Positions 26,490 to 38,800 of a stretch of 64,000 nucleotides of DNA are shown here, piece by piece. The notes beneath the pieces are model-generated. The model saw only the letters and a list, made by a program, of their open reading frames with translations. It had not been told where the DNA came from and did not search any database. The position numbers and the translations under genes are program-made. How positions within the stretch are numbered: the stretch's first letter is position 1; each line of letters opens with the position of its first letter. This DNA is from Psammoneis japonica (lineage: Eukaryota). The DNA lies in assembly GCA_008632985.1 (NCBI GenBank), contig QPGO01000096.1:1-64000 (forward strand), read 5' to 3'.

Positions 26490-29400
26490 CGTTTGCAAGA
26501 GCTGCACATTTGATGCTTCAAATGCCACTTGTCCCCCTGCACCCGGTTGTCAGGCTGACAAAACTGCTGATTTATGCTGAAATCGGCCGGCGTGTGTGAG
26601 ACGCAACTTTTTGGGACCCATCATCTGACAAGCGGCACTTGATTTTGCTGACTGTTTGCATGTCTGCATTTGCTGAGCCAAACAACATGCACATGTGGCC
26701 ACAGTCATTGTTGGTGCATTCTGTGATGACTTGCATTTGTGTGGACAAAGCTCGCCACCCATCTCTGGCTCTGAAATTTTCTGTGTTGGCAAACACACAC
26801 ATCATGTTGGCAAGATTTGTCCTTTTTTCAAAGAGTCACAAGCTCTCAAGAAGCAGACTGCAGTGTGCAGATCCATCCTCAACACCAGTCAGAAAAGTGT
26901 CATTTTAAGAGAATTTGGCAACCACACATGTGTTCACAGCCAGCTCCCAAAGACTTTGTGACCACATGTGGCCTTGTGGCTAATTTCAAGCAACTCTCGT
27001 TAATCAAAAGAAGCGCCATGCTTTGTCACAGGAAGCAGAGTTCCTGCACTCCCTCTGACATGAGATGCTGCTGCAGTTCTTGGCATTTCTTCCTTTTGTT
27101 GCCTTCTGCAACATGCTTGTTGACATGTTGGGTGACAATGTCCATGGCTCCTGCAAAGAGAGAAGCTGACCATCACTCAGAATGACCAGACAGCAAGTGA
27201 CGGCACAACCAAGAAATTTGAAAAAGAGGCAAAAATGAGAAGAATGCAAAGCTCTGAGTGGCAGTGAGAGAATGTTGACAAATGCCAGAGTGCAAGAATG
27301 AGCTGGCAAGTTTGTTCCTGTTCCCCCCGCAGCACGTTGATCTCAGTCAGTTGAGTGCAACACCAACCAGTTGCCATTTTTCAGGAAACAAGCCATGCAA
27401 GAATGCTGCCAGGAGGACAAACCATGATTGCTGTGGGATGAACCCAGCACTTGGCCATTTGGTGCTGTGCAAACAATGCTCAGATTGGATTTTTGCACAC
27501 AGAGAAGAAAGATGAAACAAAAACTCAGTTTGCTGGCTGCCAATTTGTTGCTGCCAGGACAAGCAGGCAGATGCTGTTGAGACTGGCTGGAGAGCCCCAC
27601 TCGTTTGATCCAAGTGGTCTCCAATGCAAGAAATCCAATCTTGCCAAACTGCAGCCCATGGCAATGATCCTCTCAACTGCAAAGGCAAGCCTTGGATCAC
27701 CTTGCCCTCTGTGTTGTTTGCTTGATTCTTCCATCCATGTCCCTCTCATGTGTTTGCAAGCAATGGCAGGTTGCTTTCCACACCTGAGTTGCTCCTTGCA
27801 TGTGTCCACACAACCAAAACCCACTTTTTTAATGCAGGATCCTCTTTTTGCCAAATCAGACAGCAAACAGAGAGGACACAAAAAATGTGGAGCTTGTCAC
27901 CATTTTGCTTTGCAATGTCGGCTCAGCTTCACCACGAAAAATGTGCGCACTTGCACTTGGCTGATTTTCACATGGTGAAGTGCTGCAAAAAAGAGGGAGT
28001 GCTGTCTTGAGTTCTTGGCAGCTGGTGGAGCTTTTGGTGCTGGACTTTTTGGCTGGAAAATTCTCTGCTTTTCTTCCACAAAAGCACCTGGCAAATTGCT
28101 GGGTGTGGCACCATCAACAGCCGGCATTTCTCTGTTGTCTGTCTGTTGTCTTTTTGAGCAAGCATTCTGCCACAGTGGGTCATTTTCTTTGCAATGTGGC
28201 CTCAGCTTCACCACAAAAAATGTGCGCACTTGCACTTGGCTGACTTTCACATGGTGAAGTGCTGCAAAAATGAGGGAGTGCTGTTTTCTGAGTTCTTGGC
28301 AGCTGGAGCTTTTGGTGCTGTGGTTTCACAAACAGACTGACACTCCCAGCTGGCTTCTTCTTTGAGTGAGGAAAGTGGCTCCTGACTTTTTGGCTGGAAA
28401 ATTCTCTGCTTTTCTTCTGCAAAAGCACCTGGCAAATTGCTGTGTGTGTCACCATCAACAGCCAGCATTTCTCTGTTGTCTGTCTGTTGTCTTTTTGAGC
28501 AAGCATTCTGCCACAGCAGGCTGTGCTGGATGCAACGCCTTGGTGGAGGTGGAGGCAGTTTTCACCATGGGAAAATTGCACAAAAACAACCTGCTTTCAG
28601 CAGCTGCTTGATCACAAACAAAGTGTGGGAACTGGTCCTTTGGGGGTTGGGGGGGCACTGACCACTGGCTTCATTTTTGGGGGGGGGGGGAGAAGGGCAG
28701 ATGCGGAGATGTGTGCACCACACGGATGTGAGCACACGTGTGTGCGAGGGCTTTGTGGCAGGGAAGGAATGGTGGTGTGAGGGTGCAATGGGGAGAAAAC
28801 CTCAAATGACCATGATGCAAAGAGGAAGAAGCCATGCCTTGTGCTCTCATCAATGGCATGGCTGTCCTGCATGGCAGCACAGCATTGCTGCATCAACATG
28901 GCACCAGGAGGGTGGAGAGCGATGACTTCAGGGTCTGTTGCAAAAACTCACTTTGGGCAGTGGATGCAAATGGACACAAATTTCATTGTTGTTTTTGTTG
29001 TTGCTGCTGCTGTTTGTCACATGTCAGGTGTTTTGAAGCAAAGCTTGGAGCAGGTGCCACAATCAAGTTTGCTGTTGAAATGTTGGCCTGTGCAGCAGTT
29101 GGCTGACAAGCACTGGCTGGCAGCAAAGAGTGGGACAAGCACCAGAATTTTAGCCCATCAATCAACCATCAAAACACCCAAAAGACAAAAAACCCTGCCA
29201 TCAAGTTGAGCATGCCACCTCAGTTGGCGCCCATCAAGAAGCACCTGCCTTCTTTGAAGGTCAAAGCAATGACAGTGTTGTGAATGGCCAAGTGTTCATG
29301 GTGTGCTGGCTGTGGCAGCTGTGATGTTTGATGTGCAATGCAGAGACAGCAATGTTCAGTGAGATTGGGAAGTGTGCTTCTTGTGAGACAATCTTTCAGT

Positions 29401-32400
29401 CCATCAGAGTGCATTTGTCCTGGCTCTGTGATGAGAACATCATTTGGCGCAGCAGTTTTTTTGCCCCCCCCCTTTTGCCGGGACTCTCAGTGGAGTTGCA
29501 GAGGGCCACCACCAGAGTGGTTTGTCAAAATGATTCAATCAACCTGCAAAGGGATCACCTGAGGCACAAAGATGTGGCAGCTGACATCACAAAGTCAATG
29601 TGCATGCAGAAGCACACTGTTCTGGGCTCCCCGTTGGACATGGGAAAGACACCACTGCTTTGGCTGGTCAAGAAGGAGGGTTGTTGCAACAAAATGCACA
29701 TTGAAGCAAAGGTGCTGCATTGCTGTCTTGCAAATCTTGTCAAAGTGGAGAAAGTTGTGGCCAAACTGGGAAAGCTTGGAATCCAGGATGATGAAGACAG
29801 CACCAGCAGGAGGACAGAAAGGGTGCTTTTGAGAGATGCAATGCACATGCCATGACACATGGATTGTCTTGGGTGAGTGCTGGAGTTTTTGGCAACACAT
29901 CATGAAGCACTTGCCTGTTGTTTGCAGCAAAACACAAAACACTCTGTGTCATCATTGCTGCCACCTGTGATCTCTCCACCCACCACACTTCCCCCCCACA
30001 GTTTGTCACCTTGGAACATCACCAGCAACAAACAGCCATCCAGGAAAAAGAAGTTGAACAACTCTGCCAGATGCGTGTCACTGAAAACAAATGAAAATGC
30101 AGACTTTTCATCTGGATGACCTTGAAAAACTGAGCAAGCTTGGAGACAACCAGCATCACATTGATGAGGTTCTCTCCCCCCAAATGACACCTTGCTGGGA
30201 CCTCAAGGGGTTTGTGCATTGCGTCTGTCCAGTGCAATTGCCAGCACTGTTGCAGCTCCCCCAAAGCACCACCAAAGATGACCTTTTCCATGACAAAAAG
30301 GGAAAGTGCCATTTGCAAACCCACAAACTGAAAAAGAGCATTGCCAGTTGCCAGTTGGCTGCAAGGTTGAGGCAAAGGAACACATGACATGGAGAATCAG
30401 CAGTGTGACCTTGATGGGTTGGCCACAGAAGCACAGAAGATGGAAGCTCTCAATCAAAGTGATGAGACTGTGCCAGGGAATCCACCTGAAGCAGAGCAGC
30501 ACAGCTCTCTGACAACCGATGGCCAGCTTCATTTGCAAGCTTTGAGGGACAACAGCAAAACCAACACCATGTGCATTTGCCAAAAGCAGCGATTTGTTCA
30601 CAGCGCCAGCAAAGCACCCTCTCCAGCTCCCATCACACAACACACTCACAGAAGGCTGGATCTTTAAGTGCCTCAGCATCACAGGCATGTGGTGGCCTCT
30701 GCTGCCTGCACTGGAAGCTGGCGGGTCAACGAGTTGAGATGGTGTCATGGCTGATGGTGGCATGTCTTTGCACCGCTTTGTGAGTCAGAGTGGCATGCTC
30801 TCGCTCTGTCAGTTTGAGCAGCAACAGGAGCATCAAAGAAGGGGCTGCAAACAATGCCACTTGAAATTGTCTGGGTGGACATCTGATCATGGTGGCAGCA
30901 CCTCTCCACCGGCCAGGCATGCTCTGGACAGTTGTCATTGGAGTGCAGCTGCATTGGGAGCTCAGCTCATCTCACATTTGCTGCGAGAATCTTGCCCCCA
31001 TCCCCAAAGGGTTTCCTGGTGAAAAGTCATCAAAATTTCCTTTGTTGGTCTTTTGCTCTTTGCAAGACACTTGTTCCCTCAGTGGGGCACTCTTCCCTCC
31101 CTGCATTGTTTCAACAATGGGCTCCTTTGCTCATTTTCCTTGCGCCAAGGGCAGTGTTGGTGGTGCTGTGGTGTGTGGGGTGCTGTCCAAAGATGCCTTT
31201 GCCTTTTCATCTTTTCTTTGCTTGTCCTCAAATTTGGCAGTCTTTGTCAATGTCTGAAGCAAAGTGCTGGGCCTCACTTTCACAGGACCCAAGAGCCCAA
31301 AAACAGCTGGGCATGAGGAGGGGCAAACTCCTGCCAACAAAGGGTCTTTGACTGGCCCAGCTTGCAGCACAATCTGTGGTTGTAAATTTGTCATCAGGAT
31401 CCATCTCTTGAATGCCAGCAAGACAGTCCTCTGAGAAATTGGCTGCTGCATCTGTTTGGCATGCCCTTCCAGTGTCTGTGTGTCAAATGGTGGGGTTCCT
31501 CTGGTTTGGTGTTGTTGGAGCCTGTCTTTTCATTGCCATTGTCCAGTTCATTGATGCTTTCAACCTCATCTCTGGACAGGCTGTCATCAGAATCTGCATG
31601 TGATTGTCGTTGCCTGACTCCAAAATGTGCTCGATGCTTTGCAAACTGTTCTTCGCCAATGATCTGAGGCGCGCCCTCCTGTTGCTGATGTCATGACCAT
31701 CCAACGCACTTGCTGGAACATCAGCTGCACAGAAAAAGTCATGTTGGTGTTTCTTCTTTCTCCTTTTGCAGCTCATCATCAAATCATGGTGACTTGTCTT
31801 CAAGATTTTCTTCCTTTCAGTGGCTCCAAGGCAGAGAAATTGACCCACAATTTTCTCATTTTGTGCATTTGAAACACCCAGCCCAATCTTGTGTTTGTGC
31901 TCCAACAGCTCTTGGTTGTGTTTCCAGCACAACAGCTGTGAGCAGCAAAGAAACAACACAGGAGGAGCCAGCTCCCTGTTTCTTCATCACCCGCTGCTCA
32001 ATCTTCAAAAAATTCATTGGGCAAAAATCATCTTTTGAGTGTTGTTGCAACTCATTTGCTGGGTCAGAGACTATGGGAAAATCAAGCAAGTGTCATTTTT
32101 GGCATGCTTTTAGCTCATGTGCAGCTGGAGCATGTTGCCACTGAATGATGATCCATCCTCAATTTCATGACCAACGGCGGCCATGGCTCTTGATTGGCAG
32201 AGCATCAGCGTCAAAAGCCAAAGGGGCCTGCTGGAGCATGCGCCAAAGTGGCCGAAGTCGATGAGCCTGTGAGGACCACACAATGTGGATGACAAGAAAG
32301 ATGACAGTGAGATGCCAATGCCAGTGTGGGCTGTGCGTCATGTGCCAGAGCCATTCAAAATCCTCACAAAAGCCTGCTGCACTTTGAACTTGTGGCAATC

Positions 32401-32530
32401 CTCTGTTGGCCGGCACAGACAATGCGAACCCTTGCATGCAATCAACCAAGCACTACACACCCGAAGCAACTGACACGAGAGCCCTCCTGCTCAGGGGTGG
32501 GCAATCGCAGTGAACGCATCGCACCTCCGC
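26490..32530. mobile_element. TpA/CpG-depleted island C: hypermutated transposon-like relic
   Basis: By eye, only 4 TA in 27003-32070 (27830, 29151, 30665, 31383). The minus strand near 26670-26730 gives ECTNNDCGHMCMLF, like a Ulp1-type protease QxNxxDCG motif. Contains an internal tandem duplication. Confidence 0.6.
27901..28517. repeat. Imperfect tandem duplication (about 280-340 bp unit) inside island C
   Basis: 27901 cattttgctttgcaatgtcggctcagcttcaccacgaaaaatgtgcgcac... recurs at 28181 as cattttctttgcaatgtggcctcagcttcaccacaaaaaatgtgcgcac...; both units end ...gagcaagcattctgccacag. Confidence 0.9.
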
Positions 32531-32666
32531 ACCCATCTACCGGTACGGTATCCATAACTCCATCACCCATTGAATGATGAACAGCAGCAACAAATCGCTC
32601 CTCGTATTCTGACGGCCCTATTCCGTTCAAAGTGGTTTCCAATCGAATATGATAGTCTTGTCGACA

Positions 32667-33689
32667 ATGAGAATATCTATCCTTAATTTTCTAGCTGTGT
32701 TCTTCCTTGCACAATTTCCCTGCGTGATATCCTGGACAACCACCAGTCGGCACAGAGTTTGTCGGATTCCAATAAGGCTTGCCTCGTCAACGATGAACAA
32801 CCCTCAAACAATGTCGAACACTGAAAGAGACAGTGCTATTGATAACTCAAAATCAGTTGCATCATTAGAAAAGCAGAAACGCGTGCGCAAACTGCAAGGC
32901 AAGCTCCTCAAGAAAATGCGCAATACCTGCCGAGACTACGACATGCTTCAAGACGGTGATCACCTCATGGTTTGTGTATCGGGTGGAAAGGATTCTGCCG
33001 TACTTTTGTATCTACTCAAAATTTTGCAGGAACAGCTTCCTGTCAAATTTGAAATGACAATTGTGCACGTGGACCAGAAACAACCTGGCTATGATGGACG
33101 AGAGCTGGTGGAGTGGCTTGACAATGACATGAAAGTTCGGTACAAGATTGTTGAAGAGGACACTTACTCCGTGGTGAAAGACAAGACTAGTGAAGGGAAG
33201 TCTTATTGTACCGTGTGTAGTCGACTGCGTCGTGGCATTCTCTATTCAACGGCCTTGGAGCTTGGGTGCAATAAGATTTGTCTAGGTCATCATGCGGATG
33301 ACTGTTTGGAAACGCTCTTTCTAAACATGATGCATGGCGGTCAGCTCAAGGGTATGCCAGCCCGTTATACCAGTAAGCGAGGAAACTTGGGTGTTCTTCG
33401 ACCTCTTATGGAGTGTTTTGAAGATGACATTGCTGAGTATGCAGCACTGCAAGAGTTTCCAATCCTCCCGTGTAACTTGTGCAAAAATCAGCCCGACTTG
33501 CACCGGCCGCAAGTCAAGCTTTTGCTGCAAACGCTCGAGGCCACTTTCACTCCGACGGCCAAGCAAAATATGCTTCGATCTTTATCAGATATTCGGCCAA
33601 GCCACCTGCTCGACCAATCTTTACGTGAACAGTGTGGAATGGATCCAATTACTGGCGAGGAGACTTCCGACGACCACGAACCACTGTAA
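32667..33689 (+). CDS. ttcA: tRNA 2-thiocytidine(32) synthetase TtcA, with N-terminal targeting peptide
   Basis: SGGKDS PP-loop, CTVCSRLRRGILY, LGHHADD, MPA...RPL and PILPCNLC. Hydrophobic signal peptide ending VIS-W, followed by a S/T/R-rich transit-like stretch. Confidence 0.9.
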   Translation: MRISILNFLAVFFLAQFPCVISWTTTSRHRVCRIPIRLASSTMNNPQTMSNTERDSAIDNSKSVASLEKQKRVRKLQGKLLKKMRNTCRDYDMLQDGDHLMVCVSGGKDSAVLLYLLKILQEQLPVKFEMTIVHVDQKQPGYDGRELVEWLDNDMKVRYKIVEEDTYSVVKDKTSEGKSYCTVCSRLRRGILYSTALELGCNKICLGHHADDCLETLFLNMMHGGQLKGMPARYTSKRGNLGVLRPLMECFEDDIAEYAALQEFPILPCNLCKNQPDLHRPQVKLLLQTLEATFTPTAKQNMLRSLSDIRPSHLLDQSLREQCGMDPITGEETSDDHEPL

Positions 33690-34329
33690 AAGGCGTCGTC
33701 GGACAATGCAATGATTTGATGATCCACGCTTGCAATTGCTGCTCTCATAACGATACAATTTCGAAATAAGACATGGAAGTCATTGTCTTGCTGCATCTGA
33801 TATCAAATCTCTACTCATGGCCTACACATGTATCTTAATTGCAGAAGTCTGTTCCAAGGCAGTCTTTGCAGTTTTAGTGCTTGAAGTGTAATATTAGCTT
33901 GTTTGCGCTGTCCGTCTGAATGAAAAGTATCCATGGATGACATTTCGCCCGATGTTGCTCTCATCGTTGCCCCGAAGAATCAATCGCAATAACGAAAAAA
34001 GTGAGCATGAAAGTCCAACGATGAAACTATCTTCCTATCCGTACGGATGTCTGTGTGTATTTGTCGTAGGCCCTGTTCAGCAGAAGTAACTCATTGGCCG
34101 ACTCTCGCAAAGGCTCAGCATTGTCTTCACCACCCTCCTCCAATTCGCGGACAGCATTGGCATCGCCAGGATCCAATGAAACTGCATTCTCTGCATTCTG
34201 AGTCGCAACGACATTCTTTGAAATCATCAATGGCAGCACGAGGGAAGAAGACCCCCCAAGGCCGTTCCACCTGTACGACAAATCCAGGATGGTCACAACA
34301 GACCCTCCTGCTCTTTTCGTATGACAGGT

Positions 34330-35355
34330 GCAACACAATTTGCAGCAAAACAAATTCCGCTGTCAAGAAAAACCTGCGCATCCTCGCAACCCTCGCGGAC
34401 TGCTGCTCTGACTGACGGATCCAGGATGCTTCTAGCGAGTGCTCAAAGCGGCACAGATTTCGACTGGTTTTGGCTCAGACCCACATGTTTTCTCATCCCC
34501 CCCCCCTTTTTTTTGTTCCGGCATCGCACGGGAAAGGACGGCAGTCCAAAACAGCATTTGGGTCTGCCAGCTGGAGATGTTTCTTGGCGTCGCAGGTCCA
34601 CGCACTTAAATGTTGAGATTGTTTGCTGTCACGGTAAAATCGCTGCACGACTCACTCAGCAGTTGCTGCAATGGGGCTCACTCAGGTGAAAGAAGAGGAG
34701 CTCGACTCTGGCTCAAAGAGCAGGTTCTTTGCAACAGCACGTGACGACGACACAAATGCTCAACTTTGTGCGAGCGCTTCGGCCTCCACTGCAGGCGGGC
34801 TTCTTCTTCCCTCTTTTAGCTTCTGCTTGCGTTGACATGAGCAGTTGCTTCAGTCGATGAACAATGTTTTTGGAAGGCGTGTGATGCTTTCAGCTCACAT
34901 CTCCCGCTTTCTTCTGGTGATGATTTCGTCGCTGTCATCTCAGACGACGGGTGTTTTTGCTTGCAGCTCTGGGGTGCATGCGGTTCCGAAGAAGACCAGT
35001 CGCTCTGCACACCAGAACAACCAACAACACGAGCTGTCCTCGACAATGGCCTCATCGTTGCATGAGCCATCACACACTTCCGCAATCACCGCAAGGTCAG
35101 ATCTCTTCAGAGAACGAGGAATCGCACAGCTTCTCGCCCCTCCGATCGGAACTGTCACATCGTTTGCCTTGTTGCTCATTCTGCGACGGAGTTCTTGCTG
35201 TGATTCTTGCTTGGGACACGCATGCGTGTGCAGATGATGATGATGAACATGACCTCTCCTGCTTTTTGTTAGATCAATTGTTTCTCTTTTGGGGCCGCCA
35301 TTCTTCTTTGAAGTTTCATCGACGGCCTGGAGTGGGCACTCACAACAACGCACTC
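34330..35355. pseudogene. Island D: TpA-depleted but CpG-retaining relic of an unidentified minus-strand gene or element
   Basis: By eye, 5 TA in about 1 kb (34433, 34607, 34635, 34817, 35270) while CG is frequent. Broken, Tyr-free minus-strand ORFs. Confidence 0.5.
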
Positions 35356-35447
35356 TAGCAGCCAGCTAGCCCAAGCTCTCTAGCTACTAGCTAGTAGCCA
35401 CAGCTCTACCGGTGCTGTAGGCCTCTCTAGCTAGCTAGCTAGAGCTA
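35355..35447. repeat. CTAG/TAGC-rich low-complexity tract
   Basis: ctagcagccagctagcccaagctctctagctactagctagtagcc...ctctagctagctagctagagctat, immediately adjacent to island D. Confidence 0.8.
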
Positions 35448-35864
35448 TCGCGGTGTTCAGATCGGTGTTCGGTTCCCTTTCAAAAAGGTTTCCATTCGAT
35501 GGAACCATCATGTAGTAAGAAATCGGTGATTGGTTGTTAAATAAAATGCATCAATACGATATTTTTATTTAGGCCTTCTATTCTTCTTCGCTTTTAAGTA
35601 ATCACTTTAGTACGACGAACACGTTTTGTCGTCGCGACTTCGCAAAAAGTTCAGACTCTGGTTTTGCTGCGCGCTTTTCTCCCTTCTCCCTCGACGGACT
35701 CTTCAACATTTAGGTTACAGGTTACAGTCTACCTTACTCCGAAGCTCCGCGTCAGGAAGAAACGGGCACGAGGAGAGGCTGTCAACTCATCAGCATTGCG
35801 TTGGTCATGAGCTTCCCCCATGTCGGCTTGGGGGGGCTTCCAGGGGTTTACGGTTGCGCAGACG

Positions 35865-38800
35865 ATGGCATCGATCGAAGCGCCTTCTCACAATAACGGC
35901 AGAAGCTGTGGTTGCTCTGCTCGGAGCCGAGCCTGCGTCATTATATTGACTTATACTGTGCTCTGGGTTTTGCACTATCTACTTGTTCACTTCTCTTCCA
36001 CCGGAAGCCAGCTTGGTAACATTAAGCCGGCACTTCTTATTCTCGCAGTTGAAATGCTCAAATTCGCCTTTGCTGGCGGATTGTTGGCTGCAAACACCAA
36101 AGCTCAGATGGGTACCGTTAAGACTTTACTCAACCGGCTTCCAATTATGCAGTCCCTTCTGAAAGCTTATCTACCTATTGCGGCTATCTACGCAATATAC
36201 AACAACCTAATGATCGTCAACCTCCGATACTTCGATCCTACGACATACCTTGTGCTCTCCAGTTCTCGTCTTGTGATGACCTCCTTTGTGTGGCAATGGG
36301 TCTTCCAACAAAAGGTCACGCCAGTTCATTGTGGATCTTTGACCTTAATCACAATTGGAGTGCTCATCAAAGGGTTGGTTCCTGCAATGATCAATCATGA
36401 AGAGGACCGGGAGCAGTTTACACTACAGCACTCATGCCACGTATTGTTGGTTCTGGCCCAAATGGTTCTTTCCGTCGTGGGGTCTGTTTACAATGAAAAG
36501 ATTTTAAAGGAACGTGCGAACAAAGACCCGCACTTGCACAATGCTTGCCTTTATTTGAACTCAATCGTAATCAATGCTGGCATCGTGTTTTTCACTGTGC
36601 CGTCGACAACGGCCATTGCAGACATGATCAAGGCTACGTGCTCCTCTGCCAGTGGTCTGGGGATCATTCTCACGCTTGCTTCCGTGGGAGTTGTCACGTC
36701 TTTGTTTCTCCGTTATGTTGACTCTGTCACCAAGGCTGTCGCATCAGCAGCTGAGACTGCGCTTACCGCGGTCATTGGGCACTTTGTCTTTGGTTATGAA
36801 ATGACCCCATTGGCTTCAGTATCGGTTGTCCTCATCTTCCTCGGTTCATACTTGTATGCACGACCTCAGCAGTCATGTTTACACAGCAACCGACGCGGTG
36901 CACTCAAAAGTGGAATTCGGAAGGCTAGACTCTGGTATATGGGCGTGCTCGTTGTCTCAGCCCACGTTGCTTGCATCGTGAGGACATCTATTCACATGAA
37001 TTCTCGATTTTTACCAGCTAGCAAAGTGCCGACTACCGTTATGGAGAAGGAGCAATGGCTTGGATTATTGTCTGATTCGGTTGTTTCTCCAAACGAAATG
37101 CCCTCATGCAGAAACCCTAAACTTGCGAAAGAGGTAGATCCTAGAGGGCACAAGTCGGCAGCGTTTGAAGCTGCGATTCAAGCGTTTCAAGAGATCGACG
37201 CAGATTATTTTCTTACCGCCGGAACTCTTCTCGGCTTTGTTCGTGAGTGCCGAAATTTTGATAAAGACGTCGACTTTGTTGTATCTTTGGACTGGCTTAA
37301 GAAAGAGAACAACAGTAAAGTACTGGATCATGCGTTTCATACTAAAGGCTTCAAAAAGAAAAAAGTCTTTCCGGGTGTCGATGGCACTGAGAAATCGCTG
37401 GGCGGCGAGATAGTGTTCCTCCTGAACTCCGCCAGAGTCGATCTCTTCGTTGGCACCTACAGCCCAAGCTATTACGTAAACGGGGTATCGCTGTTCAATT
37501 GGACCTTGGCATGCCCCAAACCAATGTCTAGTGTTGAAGACTTTATCTACGGAAACTTGACCGTCCGCGTGCCCATGCCCTACCATGACGTTCTATTGGC
37601 ATTGTACGGTGATGACTACATGGTTCCAAAAATTCGATTTGGGGAACAGTGGGAAGATAAGGCCTTTAGGTATATTAGCGAGGGTCGCTGTGTGGTTGTA
37701 CGAGAGGGAGACAAGCCTGAATTAAACACAACGGAAGTTGCAAGTCGCAATGGACGTGGGATCGTTGCGTGTCTGACCGATCGAGCATCTGTGGCACATG
37801 CATTAGCTTTAGTTGATGGTATGAGCGAATTGGTCGCTCCACCCAGATTGGAACTCTACCACATTGGTGCACTCAGCTATTTCCTAAAGGCTCAGTTTGA
37901 GAAACACTCTTTTGTGACCGTTACGGATCTGACGAGTGGCCCACTAAAGAGCTTGCTAAGTAAGGCTGACAAGACAGACGAAGAGCTCGCTACCCACTGT
38001 CATCGTGCCGCCATTAGAATGAGCAAGCTCCGATACATTGTACTTTTGCGGCCGTCAATCATCTTCCTTCAAGATCCTCTGAACTTGGTGCGCACTACGG
38101 AATTCTATCACATGTATCATCTTCGTAACTCGTCTTGTCCTGTTGGGGCATATGTCACAGCTACGGATTGGGAACTGGCAGAGAGTATAAGGCCTTTGAC
38201 TAAAGGCTTGGCTTCTGATGCGCTCTGTCTGGTTCGAGCTGCATACAATCATTCCACCCCCAGTATTGAATCGAAATCAAGCTCCCAGAGCCTCGCCTTT
38301 GTACATGAAGCAGCCCACCGTATTGGCCTATGGGCGTACCCTTCCATTGAGAATCCTTTGTGGATAAGACACCATATGGATACAGAGAAGTCTCACATGG
38401 TTCTTAATACAAACAGAAAAAATGGTACCGTGTTCCTTCCTCAGGAGTATCAAGATTCGTTACTTTCAAGCTGGCGTCGGTATTTGGACGCAACAGCCAC
38501 CATTATGATGGACAGACCAATAGACTGGGTTGCCTTCGATGGAGGCTTCCACTTCAATGTAGGCACATTAAACTCCATTGCGGCAGCGAAGAAATCCACT
38601 ACTCTTGGTTCTTCTATCGTGAACATTGATCTGGCGCTTACCAAGGACAGGAGGCTGGTCGCCATTCATAACGACAACTCTTTCTGTCCATTTGAATATC
38701 AAGGAAGCTCGCTGTCCAAGCCAGTTTCGTCCATGAGGTTTGTTGAAGCAAGAAAGCATACAAATCCTTGTATACCTGAAGACATGTCTCGTCGATGGCT

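Noticed and set aside
26550..32480. Dozens of overlapping Cys/His/Gln-rich ORFs read as real genes or an alternative genetic code (also 10-14 kb and 61.5-64 kb)
   Set aside because: They are a by-product of TpA loss, which removes TAA/TAG stops in all frames. Flanking genes use the standard code.
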